A DNA stretch of 64,000 bases from Clostridia bacterium (GCA_040772725.1 JAXGXR010000001.1:9977-73976), one strand, 5' to 3'. Positions 54,413-63,730 are shown, counted from the first letter of the stretch. The notes: a model not told the origin generated them from the letters alone. Numbers and translations are program-made.

Positions 54413-55957
54413 ATGATCAGAAGAGCGTTGGTGAGTGTGTCGGACAAAACCGGCATCGTCGATTTTTGCAAAGCGCTGGAAAAGGCGGGCATCGAGATCG
54501 TATCGACCGGTGGAACGGCCGACCTGCTGGCGGCCAATCAGATTCCGGTGCGGAATGTCTCTGACCTGACCGGCTTTCCGGAATGTCTGGACGGTCGGGT
54601 GAAAACGCTGCATCCGCTGGTCCATGGCGGCATTCTGGCGATCCGGGACAATCCGGAGCACCAGAAGACTGTCCAGGAACTGGAACTGCCCCTGATCGAC
54701 CTGGTCTGCATCAACTTGTATCCGTTCAAGGCGACCATCCAGAAACCGCACGTGTCACTGGAGACCTGCATTGAGAATATCGATATCGGCGGCCCCACCA
54801 TGCTTCGTTCCGCGGCCAAGAACTATGGCGATGTCACGGTTCTGGTCGATCCGGATGATTACGCGCCGGTTCTTGAACAGATCGCCCGTGACGGCGACAC
54901 CGACCGGGCGACCAGGGCTCGCCTTTCACGCAAAGTCTTTGAACATACCGCCGCTTACGACGCGTTGATCGCCGACTACTTGCGTCGACAGTCCGGCACT
55001 GAAGAATGGCCGGCCAAACTGACCCTGACCTTCGAAAAGGACAGCGACCTTCGTTACGGTGAGAATCCGCACCAGCGGGCCGTGTTCTACAAGAACCCCA
55101 TCCCGGCGGCCGGAACGTTGGCCCGGGCGACCAAGCTTCATGGCAAGGAACTGTCCTACAACAATTTCGCCGACACGGACGCGGCCTTGCAATTGCTGAA
55201 GGAATTCAGCGACCCGGCCGCGGTGGCGGTCAAGCACGCCAACCCCTGCGGGGTCGCGATCGGGCGGAACCTCGCCGAGGCGTTCAACAAGGCCTATGAA
55301 GCAGACCCGGTGTCGATTTTCGGCGGAATCGTCGCCGTCAACCGGACGGTCGACGAAGCGGTCGCTCAAAGCATGGCGAAGATTTTCCTCGAGGTCATCA
55401 TTGCCCCGGATTACACCGAACAAGCACTGGCGGTACTGAAGGAGAAAAAGAACCTGCGGCTGCTGCTTCTGGCCGACCTGGGCCTGCCGGCCCCAGCCAG
55501 CGAACCGGCCCTCAAGGCAATCAGCGGCGGACTTCTGATCCAGGATCCGGACGTTGATGTCTGGGCGGATGCCGACTTCAGGAAAGTGACCGCAGCATCC
55601 ATCGAGCCGGAGCGGATGCCTGACCTGGAATTTGCCATGAAAGTCGTCAAACATGTCCGATCCAACGCCATCGTCCTGGTCCGGGACTTGCAGACCGTCG
55701 GCATTGGCCCGGGTCAGCCGAACCGGATCACCTCGGCCAGGATCGCGATCGAGAACGCGGGTGAGAAGAGCAAGGGATCGGTCATGGGGTCGGATGCCTT
55801 TTTCCCGTTTTCGGACAGCGTGGAAGCGGCAGCTGCGGCAGGAGTCGCCGCGATTGTCCAGCCGGGCGGCTCAATCCGCGACCAGGAGTCCATCGACGCC
55901 TGCGATCGGCTGGGCGTGCCGATGTACTTCACCGGCATGCGCCATTTCCGTCATTGA
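54413..55957 (+). CDS. purH: bifunctional AICAR transformylase / IMP cyclohydrolase
   Basis: RALVSVSDKTG MGS-like N-terminus and an AICARFT domain. A GGAGGA SD lies 6 nt upstream; an alternative ATG is at 54407. Confidence 0.96.
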   Translation: MIRRALVSVSDKTGIVDFCKALEKAGIEIVSTGGTADLLAANQIPVRNVSDLTGFPECLDGRVKTLHPLVHGGILAIRDNPEHQKTVQELELPLIDLVCINLYPFKATIQKPHVSLETCIENIDIGGPTMLRSAAKNYGDVTVLVDPDDYAPVLEQIARDGDTDRATRARLSRKVFEHTAAYDALIADYLRRQSGTEEWPAKLTLTFEKDSDLRYGENPHQRAVFYKNPIPAAGTLARATKLHGKELSYNNFADTDAALQLLKEFSDPAAVAVKHANPCGVAIGRNLAEAFNKAYEADPVSIFGGIVAVNRTVDEAVAQSMAKIFLEVIIAPDYTEQALAVLKEKKNLRLLLLADLGLPAPASEPALKAISGGLLIQDPDVDVWADADFRKVTAASIEPERMPDLEFAMKVVKHVRSNAIVLVRDLQTVGIGPGQPNRITSARIAIENAGEKSKGSVMGSDAFFPFSDSVEAAAAAGVAAIVQPGGSIRDQESIDACDRLGVPMYFTGMRHFRH

Positions 55958-55994
55958 AGCGAAGCGTCAGACACGAAAAGGGGACAGCATCAAC

Positions 55995-57263
55995 ATGAAT
56001 ATACTGGTGATCGGTGGAGGCGGAAGGGAACACGCGTTGGTCTGGAAACTGGCGCAGAGCCGACGGGTCGGACAACTGTACTGTGCGCCCGGGAACGCCG
56101 GCATGAAAGGCCTTGCCCGTACGGTACCCATTTCTGTCATGGATTTCCCGGCGATTATTGAATTCTGCCAGAGCAATGCCATCGACCGGGTGCTCGTCGC
56201 GCCGGACGACCCGCTGGCCGGGGGACTGGTGGACGAGCTGGAAGAGGCCGGCATTCGCGCCTTCGGACCGAACCGGGCGGCAGCACGCATCGAATCCAGC
56301 AAAGCCTATGCCAAGGACCTGATGCGGCGGTATGGCATACCGACAGCCGAGTATCAGGTGTTCAACAAGATGTCGGACGCCCTGGCTGCCCTTCAGGACC
56401 GTCCATACCCCGTTGTTGTCAAGGCGGACGGACTCGCGCTCGGCAAAGGTGTCCTGATCGCCCACTCACAGGAGGAGGCGCAAAAGGCAGTCCGTCTGAT
56501 GATGGAAGACCAGGCGTTTGGCAAGGCCGGCGGAACAGTCGTCCTGGAATCCTTCCTGACCGGACCGGAACTGACGGTCCTCGCCTTCACGGACGGAGTC
56601 ACGATCAAGCCGATGGTGACCTCGCGTGACCACAAGCGGGCGCTCGACGGCAACCAGGGACTCAACACCGGCGGCATGGGCGCGGTCTCGCCGGGTGCCG
56701 ACCTGACCGAGGATGATCTCAAACGGATGCAGGACACGATTTTCCAGCCGACCATCGATGCCATGCGGGCCGAGGGCTGCCTGTTCAAAGGCGTGATCTA
56801 TTTTGGCCTCATGCTGACGCCGGATGGACCGAAGGTGATTGAATACAACGCGCGTTTCGGTGATCCCGAAGCCCAGGTGGTGTTGCCCCGTCTTGAGACA
56901 GATCTGGTCGACATCATGGAGGCCGTGCTAGACGAACGGCTGGAATCCTTGCCGATCCGCTACAGCCATGACTGCGCCTGCTGCGTGGTGATGGCGTCCG
57001 GTGGCTATCCCGGCGCCTACAAGACGGGATACCGGATCGAAGGACTGGACAACCCTGACCTGAAGGGCAGAACCGATGTGATCGTGTTCCACGCTGGCAC
57101 CAAACAGGACAAGGAGGATCAATTGGTCACCGCCGGAGGACGGGTCCTTGGGGTCACCGCTCTGGCCGCGACACTGCCGGAAGCGATTGACAAAGCCTAT
57201 GAGGCGGTTGACCGGATCCATTTCCAGGACTGTCACTACCGGAAGGACATCGGCCGGTCATGA
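55995..57263 (+). CDS. purD: phosphoribosylamine--glycine ligase
   Basis: MNILVIGGGGREHAL N-terminus and ATP-grasp motifs. Confidence 0.96.
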   Translation: MNILVIGGGGREHALVWKLAQSRRVGQLYCAPGNAGMKGLARTVPISVMDFPAIIEFCQSNAIDRVLVAPDDPLAGGLVDELEEAGIRAFGPNRAAARIESSKAYAKDLMRRYGIPTAEYQVFNKMSDALAALQDRPYPVVVKADGLALGKGVLIAHSQEEAQKAVRLMMEDQAFGKAGGTVVLESFLTGPELTVLAFTDGVTIKPMVTSRDHKRALDGNQGLNTGGMGAVSPGADLTEDDLKRMQDTIFQPTIDAMRAEGCLFKGVIYFGLMLTPDGPKVIEYNARFGDPEAQVVLPRLETDLVDIMEAVLDERLESLPIRYSHDCACCVVMASGGYPGAYKTGYRIEGLDNPDLKGRTDVIVFHAGTKQDKEDQLVTAGGRVLGVTALAATLPEAIDKAYEAVDRIHFQDCHYRKDIGRS

Positions 57264-58459
57264 AAAGGATCGGCATCGTCGGAGGCACCTTCGACCCCAT
57301 CCATCTGGGTCATGTGGCGTTGATCCAGAGCGCTGCCGCCAGTGGTCGTCTCGACCGTGTCATGGTCCTGCCGGCCGGCATACCGCCGCACAGCTACAAA
57401 TCTGTCGAACGGACCGCTTTCGCGGCCTACCGTTTCGTCATGGTCCAGAAGGCACTTGACGGCATGGACCGTGTCGATGTGTCCAACCTCGAGATCCTCC
57501 GCCAGGGCGGCTCCTACACAATCGACACGCTGCGTCAGCTTCGCCGGAGCGGCTTTCAGGACGACGAGCTGGTCCTCATATACGGCTCGGACATCCTCAT
57601 GAACATGCATACCTGGAAAGAGCCCGGACAATTGCTCAAAGAGGCGTCCTTGTTCCTGGCCAGACGTGGAGGCGACGATCCGGCTGATCTTCAAAGCCAG
57701 ATCGATCGGATGAGACGTGAATACGGGGCACGGATCGAGGTTTTCAATGCCCCCCAGATCGAACTCTCCTCCACCATGGTCCGTGAAGCAATCGCCAAAG
57801 GGGAATCCTTGGCAGGCATGCTTCCGGAAAAAGTCGTCAAATTCATCCACAAGCATAAACTATATATGCCAAATGATCCGGTTTTCGACTTGCCATCCAG
57901 CCTGAAACTGATGCTGCGTCAATTTGAACGTGAGTTGTGGCCGATCCTGACCATGAAACGTCTTCTGCACAGCCTGAACGTATGCCGGCTCAGCGTCAAA
58001 CTGGCAGCCGCGCACGGATTGTCCCTTGAAAAAGCGGCGATCGCCGGCCTGCTGCATGATTGCGCCAAGGATCTGCCGATCGAGGAACAACTGGACCTGG
58101 CCCGTCGGGCCGGCGACCCCCTGCTGCTCGAACCGGCTTTGGCCCATGGCCCGGCCGGCGTCATGCTGGCGCGCTCACAGTTCAAGATCACCGATCCGCA
58201 GATTCTGCAGGCGATTCGCTGTCATACAACCGGATGTCATGACATGTCGGACCTGGACCGTGTGGTCTTCATTGCCGACAAGGTGGAACCGGCCCGGACC
58301 TATCAGAACCTGGACGAGATCCGGCGCCTGGCACCGGTGAACCTGAGGGCGGCCATGCGCGTCTGCCTGGACGAAATCGGCCTTTATCTCGAACGGGAGG
58401 GCATTCCGGCCCATCCGTATTCGACAGCCGCTTACGATTCGACCGATGATCAGCTATAA
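57260..58459 (+). CDS. nadD: fusion protein: nicotinate-nucleotide adenylyltransferase (NadD) plus YqeK-type HD-domain hydrolase
   Basis: N-terminal half has GGTFDPIHLGH and LSSTMVR. C-terminal half has H...LLHDCAKD...CHTTG...FIADKVEP (YqeK HD family). It is one uninterrupted 399-codon frame. Confidence 0.85.
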   Translation: MKRIGIVGGTFDPIHLGHVALIQSAAASGRLDRVMVLPAGIPPHSYKSVERTAFAAYRFVMVQKALDGMDRVDVSNLEILRQGGSYTIDTLRQLRRSGFQDDELVLIYGSDILMNMHTWKEPGQLLKEASLFLARRGGDDPADLQSQIDRMRREYGARIEVFNAPQIELSSTMVREAIAKGESLAGMLPEKVVKFIHKHKLYMPNDPVFDLPSSLKLMLRQFERELWPILTMKRLLHSLNVCRLSVKLAAAHGLSLEKAAIAGLLHDCAKDLPIEEQLDLARRAGDPLLLEPALAHGPAGVMLARSQFKITDPQILQAIRCHTTGCHDMSDLDRVVFIADKVEPARTYQNLDEIRRLAPVNLRAAMRVCLDEIGLYLEREGIPAHPYSTAAYDSTDDQL

Positions 58460-58525
58460 TGATTGCTAAATAAACTTTTCCGGAGGCAGAAAGGCCGACC
58501 GGACTGATTTCAAGGAGGAGGACAG

Positions 58526-58864
58526 ATGACTTCATCTCAAGTCGCGGAACTGGTCAAGACGATTCTGGTCAACAAGAAGGCGTTGAACGTGGAACTGATC
58601 GAGGTTGCTGAAAAAACGATCCTGGCCGATTATTTCATCATCGCCAGCGGCACGTCGGTGACCCATGTCAAATCGTTGGCGGACGAACTGGTTTTCCAGC
58701 TCAAGGACCAATATCAGATCGTCCCGGACCATGTAGAAGGCGAGTCGACCGCTCGCTGGATCCTTCTGGATTTTGGCGATGTGGTGGTCCACATATTCCA
58801 TCCGGAGGAACGTGACTTCTACAGCCTGGAAAAACTCTGGCAAATGAGTCGACCCCGTTCCTGA
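58526..58864 (+). CDS. rsfS: ribosome silencing factor
   Basis: 112 aa with an ADYFIIASGTS...WILLDFGDVVVHIF pattern. AAGGAGG SD. Confidence 0.92.
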   Translation: MTSSQVAELVKTILVNKKALNVELIEVAEKTILADYFIIASGTSVTHVKSLADELVFQLKDQYQIVPDHVEGESTARWILLDFGDVVVHIFHPEERDFYSLEKLWQMSRPRS

Positions 58865-58890
58865 AGCTGTTCTCCATCATCGCAACATGG

Positions 58891-58919
58891 ACAGGCTGCC
58901 TGAAGCGGCCTGTTTTTTT
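58891..58919 (+). terminator. intrinsic terminator after rsfS
   Basis: A 9-bp stem (58891-99 with 58905-13), followed by T7. Confidence 0.8.
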
Positions 58920-58995
58920 GTCGCCTTTTGGCTGTCTGCAGCCGGCATGCAGGATCATTTCCTTTGCTACGCTGGTTAAAAAGGAGGGGATGCCG

Positions 58996-59742
58996 ATGAC
59001 CATGAAAACCGGACACCAGGACAAGCGCTGGCGAGTCTGGCAAAAACGATTTGTCCAACTGGCACTCGTCTTGTCGCTGGCGGGCGTGATCAGCCTCGCC
59101 TGGTCATTGACCTCCGGCGAAGAGGAGGGGTTTGTCCTATCAAAACCATCAACCGCTTCATCGATAGAGCCGGTCGATCATGCGACTTCCACAAACCAGC
59201 ATCCAAATGACTCGCCTTCTGCCACAGGGCCGACATCAGAACAAATCCATGAAACGGTTCCGACCAGAACCCCTCGACCATCCGATGCGGAAGAAATACC
59301 GGTCTATCTGGTCGGTGCGGTGAACAAACCGGGGGTTTACATCATCAGGAGAGGCACGTACCTGTATGAACTGATTGAGCTGGCAGGTGGGCTGACAGCG
59401 GATGCCGCGCACGATTCGGTCAATCTGGCCATGCAGATCAAAGAAAACCAGATGATCCGGATCCCGGACGCGAGCGAGTTGGATCAGGCCGGCGGTCCCG
59501 GGATCGGCATGGTTGGCGGATCGGCAAACGCGGGAGGATCGGCATCCGGACGGATCAACATCAACCAGGCTTCCCAGGCCGAACTGGAGAGCCTGCCGGG
59601 TATCGGTCCCGCTACAGCCGCGGCCATTCTCGCTGATCGCGACAAAAACGGTCCATTTCATGAAATTGAGGACATCATGCGCGTTCCGGGCATCAAGGAG
59701 AGCCGGTTCGTATTGATGGAGGCCTTGATCACAGTCGGATGA
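58996..59742 (+). CDS. comEA: ComEA-family DNA-binding protein (TM anchor, SLBB domain, tandem helix-hairpin-helix)
   Basis: VYLVGAVNKPGVY SLBB motif and INQASQAELESLPGIGPATAAAI HhH motif. Start at the ATG at 58996, 8 nt after AGGAGG. Confidence 0.88.
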   Translation: MTMKTGHQDKRWRVWQKRFVQLALVLSLAGVISLAWSLTSGEEEGFVLSKPSTASSIEPVDHATSTNQHPNDSPSATGPTSEQIHETVPTRTPRPSDAEEIPVYLVGAVNKPGVYIIRRGTYLYELIELAGGLTADAAHDSVNLAMQIKENQMIRIPDASELDQAGGPGIGMVGGSANAGGSASGRININQASQAELESLPGIGPATAAAILADRDKNGPFHEIEDIMRVPGIKESRFVLMEALITVG

Positions 59743-59744
59743 TT

Positions 59745-60680
59745 TCAGTCAGCCGGCAGCAGGACGAGCGGTCCAGACACGGTTTTGACGGAAATGTTGC
59801 CACCGCCGCCATTGCGGGTCGCTTCCACCACACGGTTGATTTTTGACATCACCTCCACCGGAAGCCGTTTGCTGTCAAAATCGCCGGAAATGGTTTCAAA
59901 CGAAATGTCGAATCGGGCCTTTTCCGGAAAAGACAGCTCGACTTTGCCGCTGACCGTGTCCACTTTCAGCGCTTTCGGCTCAAGGGTCGCGTATTGGGCC
60001 GTGATTTTCCCTGAAACGGTCTTGAGATCGGCCTTGCCTATGATGGATGCGAGGTCGATCGTTCCTGACACGATATTTACATTCATCTTCGACCAGTCGG
60101 CCGTATCGGCTTTCAGGTCACCGGACACCCCGGTGTAATCGAGTTCAGACCAGTCGGTACCGGCCGGATTCGTGATGACGCAGTCGCCGGACACGGTTTT
60201 GATCGTGACGGTTCCGTCGAAATCCTCCGGAATCGACACATCCAGGGAAAGCCCATCATTTCTGAAGCCCCAGCGGGGATAATCCGGTTTGATGCGCACT
60301 GTCTGGCCGGAACGGGTCACGGCAAAGCCGAGTCCGACAGTGGCGCGATAGGGGCCATGCAAGCGGGCAACGACCTGCTGGCCCTGGGCCGAAACGCTCA
60401 CCTGTTCTGACACAACCTGGATGATGATGTGATCGATGCCGTCCAGCGAAGCCGTATGGGTCTGATCGATCGTGTACGATTTCCAGGGCCCGACGTGAAT
60501 GCCTCGGGCCCAGTCACGAAACTGTTCGACCACCTGGGTGACATTGGCCGGGAATTGGTCCAGATTGGCCAGCCCCTGCCAGCCGACAGTCGCGACGGTC
60601 AGAATGACACCGGAAACCAATGCCGTGATGAAAACAACCAGACAAAGAATGATGACCGTGAGCAGCACGGGATGTTTCAT
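59745..60680 (-). CDS. DUF4097-family beta-strand-repeat protein with an N-terminal TM anchor
   Basis: Repeated VSG(D/K/T) beta-strand pattern (TVSGDC, GVSGDL, IVSGTI, TVSGKI, TVSGKV, TISGDF, TVSGPL). GGAGGTG SD. Confidence 0.75.
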   Translation of the reverse strand: MKHPVLLTVIILCLVVFITALVSGVILTVATVGWQGLANLDQFPANVTQVVEQFRDWARGIHVGPWKSYTIDQTHTASLDGIDHIIIQVVSEQVSVSAQGQQVVARLHGPYRATVGLGFAVTRSGQTVRIKPDYPRWGFRNDGLSLDVSIPEDFDGTVTIKTVSGDCVITNPAGTDWSELDYTGVSGDLKADTADWSKMNVNIVSGTIDLASIIGKADLKTVSGKITAQYATLEPKALKVDTVSGKVELSFPEKARFDISFETISGDFDSKRLPVEVMSKINRVVEATRNGGGGNISVKTVSGPLVLLPAD

Positions 60681-61339
60681 GCAGCCTCACCTCCCGATAC
60701 GAGCTGTTTGTTCCACTGGATGTATTGTCTGACCGCGAGCAGAAACAGCTTGGTCAGGAAATACATGCCGATGCAGAGAAGAATGGTCAAGGCAGTCAGC
60801 GATAATCCAAAAAGGACAAAGACGATGCTGATGAATCCGGCCCGGGCAAAGGCCAGGACAAACAGGGATCCGGCCGCCACGCCGACACCACCGGCCGCGG
60901 CCCAAAGCACAATCATGACCAGCACCGTAGTGACAAAAACAGGCAGGACGATGAAGATGTTGACGATCAGGAGCAGCGCGACCATCCATCCCCGGTTGTT
61001 CGGCCGCGTCACGTACACGGATCCGGGTGAAGATTGACCGGCAGCACCGCTGCCTGGAACATGGCCTTGCGTGGAGTCTGTCCTATCCCGGTCGGACCAG
61101 CCGCCCCAACGATAACCAGCTTGTGCCCTGCCGTTGGCCTGACTGCCCGATCGGTTGGCATACTGCGCAGCGATGGCAGCCGGATCGCCCAGATCACGGG
61201 CGATGGTTTCCTCGTCCTTGCCATTGGCCAGGCCAGTGGCGAAGTGCTCGGCAAAATCGGAAAGAATGTCATCGATGTCGGATTGACCGGATCTTGCCAG
61301 CTCCTGTCTGAGCAGTCCCATGAATTCTGACTGGTTCAT
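60677..61339 (-). CDS. DUF1700-family membrane protein (HAAS-type sensor helical domain)
   Basis: N-terminus MNQSEFMGLLRQEL...DIDDILSDFAEHF...ETIARDLGDP is typical of DUF1700, and C-terminal TM helices follow. 4-nt overlap with the DUF4097 gene. Confidence 0.75.
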   Translation of the reverse strand: MNQSEFMGLLRQELARSGQSDIDDILSDFAEHFATGLANGKDEETIARDLGDPAAIAAQYANRSGSQANGRAQAGYRWGGWSDRDRTDSTQGHVPGSGAAGQSSPGSVYVTRPNNRGWMVALLLIVNIFIVLPVFVTTVLVMIVLWAAAGGVGVAAGSLFVLAFARAGFISIVFVLFGLSLTALTILLCIGMYFLTKLFLLAVRQYIQWNKQLVSGGEAA

Positions 61340-61452
61340 GAGCGATCCCCCTTTTCATGCCTGGTGCATTTTGTCCAAATGATGTTGCTACATGATCACA
61401 TATTGATCATAGTGCCCTGCCGTGTTCCCTGTCAATCCGGACGCGCATCGAG

Positions 61453-61592
61453 CGAGTTCCGTTGCGGTGCCAGGCCCGATTTTAGAACCAGGCGGAACTA
61501 ACTGCCGGGCGCTCACAAGTGGTGCCTGAGTTTTGTTTCGCGCTTAAAAGTATGTGAGGCACCATTACTATTTCGCGCCTAATTTATAAGGT
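61453..61592 (+). repeat. single copy of the intergenic repeat family (paralogue of 9547-9690)
   Basis: Hand alignment with 9547-9690 over ~140 bp. The 37-bp core at 61537-61573 differs from 9633-9669 at 2 positions. A perfect 7-bp inverted repeat, AGTTCCG (61455-61) with CGGAACT (61493-99), is present. Confidence 0.75.
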
Positions 61593-61603
61593 ACGCAATC
61601 GAG

Positions 61604-61632
61604 TTTACAGATTCTGTCAATTTGGCTATGAT
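61604..61632 (+). promoter_or_regulatory. promoter of thrS
   Basis: TTTACA (61604-09), 17-nt spacer, TATGAT (61627-32). Confidence 0.6.
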
Positions 61633-61733
61633 GAGATGAGCAATAAAAGGGGTCCGACTGATTGCGACCCGTTTGATGATGGTCGCGCCTGTCGGGACCG
61701 GGACACGTTAAAGCGTTTATTGGAGGAATCACC

Positions 61734-63506
61734 ATGTCAGATTTTCAGGATGCCGGTTATCAGAAAACGTTCCGGCATACATCCGCCCATATTTTGGCGC
61801 ATGCGGTCAAAAGACTTTTCCCCGGTGCAAAACTTGCCATCGGACCGGCGATCGAGAATGGTTTCTATTACGATTTCGACCGCGATGAGCCGTTTTCCGT
61901 CACAGAACTGTCTCAAATCGAAGACGAAATGAAGAAGATTGTACGCGAGCGTCTGCCGATCGAGCGTTTTGAACTCGACCGCGCGGCGGCCCGCGCCTTG
62001 ATGATCGAGAAGGACGAGCCCTACAAGGTGGAGCTGGTCGACGAACTGCCGGACGATGCCGTGATCTCCTTTTATCGCCAGGGCGACTTCGTCGACCTCT
62101 GTGCCGGCCCCCACCTTGAGGACACCGGCGCGGTCAAGGCGTTCAAGCTAACCCAGACCGCGGGCGCCTACTGGCGCGGCAGCGAGAAGAACAAGATGCT
62201 ACATCGGATATACGGCACCAGTTTCCCGGACAAGGAGCAGCTCAAGGCCTACCTCGCGATGGTCGAGGAAGCCCGCAAGCGCGACCATAACAAACTGGGC
62301 CGTGAACTTGGCTACTTCACGACTGTCGACTACATCGGCCAGGGACTGCCGATCCTGCTGCCCAAGGGCGCCCGGGTCATCCAGCTGCTCACCCGTTTTG
62401 TGGAAGACGAGGAGGAGCATCGTGGCTACCAGCTGACCAAGACCCCGTACATGGCGAAATCGGACCTCTACAAGATCTCCGGCCACTGGCAGCACTACCG
62501 GGAGGGCATGTTCATCATTGGCGACCCGGAACAGGCTGACACCACCGAAGTGCTGGCCATGCGCCCGATGACCTGCCCGTTCCAGTTCCAGGCCTATCTG
62601 ACCAAAACCAGAAGCTACCGGGACCTGCCGATCCGATACAACGAAACATCCACCTTGTTCCGCAACGAGTCCTCCGGCGAGATGCACGGCCTGATCCGCG
62701 TCCGCCAGTTCACGATTTCGGAGGGCCATCTCGTGGTAGCCCCGGACCAGCTGGAGAAGGAGTTCCGCGACTGCGTCGACTTGGCCCGGTTCATGATCGA
62801 CGCGCTCGGCTTCCAGGACGATGTCAGCTACCGCTTCTCGAAATGGGATCCGACCAACACGGCGAAATACATCGGCGACGCCAAGCAGTGGGACGCGGTC
62901 CAGGACACCATGCAGGTCATTCTCGACCATATGAAGCTCGACTACACCACCGCCATCGGTGAAGCTGCCTTCTACGGGCCGAAGCTCGACATCCAGATCA
63001 AGAACGTCTTCGGCAAGGAAGACACCCTGATCACGATCCAGATCGACTTCCAGCTCGCCGAACGTTTCGGCATGGAATACGCCGACCGGGACGGGGAGAA
63101 GAAGCACCCGATCGTCATCCACCGCACCTCCATCGGCTGCTACGAGCGCACCCTGGCGCTGCTGATCGAAAAATACGCCGGCGCGCTCCCTCTGTGGATC
63201 GCCCCCGAGCAGGTGCGCGTGCTGCCGATCTCCGAAAAGCATCTCGATGCGGCAGCCGAACTGAAAGAACGGCTGGTCCGCGCCGGCTTCCGGGTCGAAG
63301 TCGACAATCGTGACGAAAAGATCGGCAAGAAGATCCGTGAAGCACAAATGGAGAAAGTGCCGTACATGCTGGTCCTCGGTGACCAGGAAGTGGCTGACGG
63401 GACCGTCGCGGTCCGGGCACGCAAAGAAGGCGACCTGGGCGCCCAAACGGTCGACAGCCTGATCGAGCGCCTCCGCGAAGAAGTGGCAACAAGAAAGAAT
63501 ACCTGA
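61734..63506 (+). CDS. thrS: threonine--tRNA ligase (short form lacking the N-terminal TGS domain)
   Basis: Begins directly in the editing domain (HTSAHILAHAV), followed by a class II core and an anticodon-binding domain. GGAGGA SD. Confidence 0.96.
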   Translation: MSDFQDAGYQKTFRHTSAHILAHAVKRLFPGAKLAIGPAIENGFYYDFDRDEPFSVTELSQIEDEMKKIVRERLPIERFELDRAAARALMIEKDEPYKVELVDELPDDAVISFYRQGDFVDLCAGPHLEDTGAVKAFKLTQTAGAYWRGSEKNKMLHRIYGTSFPDKEQLKAYLAMVEEARKRDHNKLGRELGYFTTVDYIGQGLPILLPKGARVIQLLTRFVEDEEEHRGYQLTKTPYMAKSDLYKISGHWQHYREGMFIIGDPEQADTTEVLAMRPMTCPFQFQAYLTKTRSYRDLPIRYNETSTLFRNESSGEMHGLIRVRQFTISEGHLVVAPDQLEKEFRDCVDLARFMIDALGFQDDVSYRFSKWDPTNTAKYIGDAKQWDAVQDTMQVILDHMKLDYTTAIGEAAFYGPKLDIQIKNVFGKEDTLITIQIDFQLAERFGMEYADRDGEKKHPIVIHRTSIGCYERTLALLIEKYAGALPLWIAPEQVRVLPISEKHLDAAAELKERLVRAGFRVEVDNRDEKIGKKIREAQMEKVPYMLVLGDQEVADGTVAVRARKEGDLGAQTVDSLIERLREEVATRKNT

Positions 63507-63602
63507 TCATCATCGACAAGAAAGCCGGCCGGACAAGGGCATGATCCTCGTCCGGCCGGCAAATGTCCGGCAATATATCCTCCATCACGCCAAGTGAAAG
63601 CA

Positions 63603-63631
63603 TTGACAGAATTCACGACTTCCCGTAAAAT
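63603..63631 (+). promoter_or_regulatory. promoter of tRNA-Pro(CGG)
   Basis: TTGACA (63603-08), 17-nt spacer, TAAAAT (63626-31). Confidence 0.6.
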
Positions 63632-63646
63632 CAACTCTGTTGCCGT

Positions 63647-63722
63647 CGGGGTGTGGCTCAGGTGGTAGAGCGCTTGGTTCGGGACCAAGAGGCCGGAGGT
63701 TCAAGTCCTCTCACTCCGACCA
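63647..63722 (+). tRNA. tRNA-Pro (anticodon CGG), CCA encoded
   Basis: Acceptor CGGGGTG/CACTCCG (one G-U pair), anticodon stem CTTGG/CCAAG with loop TTCGGGA, TTCAAGT T-loop, and a 3' CCA. Confidence 0.9.
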
Positions 63723-63730
63723 CCGAAGAA

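Noticed and set aside
61633-61733. T-box leaders upstream of thrS (61633-61733) and argS (34559-34631).
   Set aside because: Both leaders are about 100 nt or shorter. They lack the specifier-loop/AGAGA architecture, the conserved T-box sequence and a terminator/antiterminator pair.
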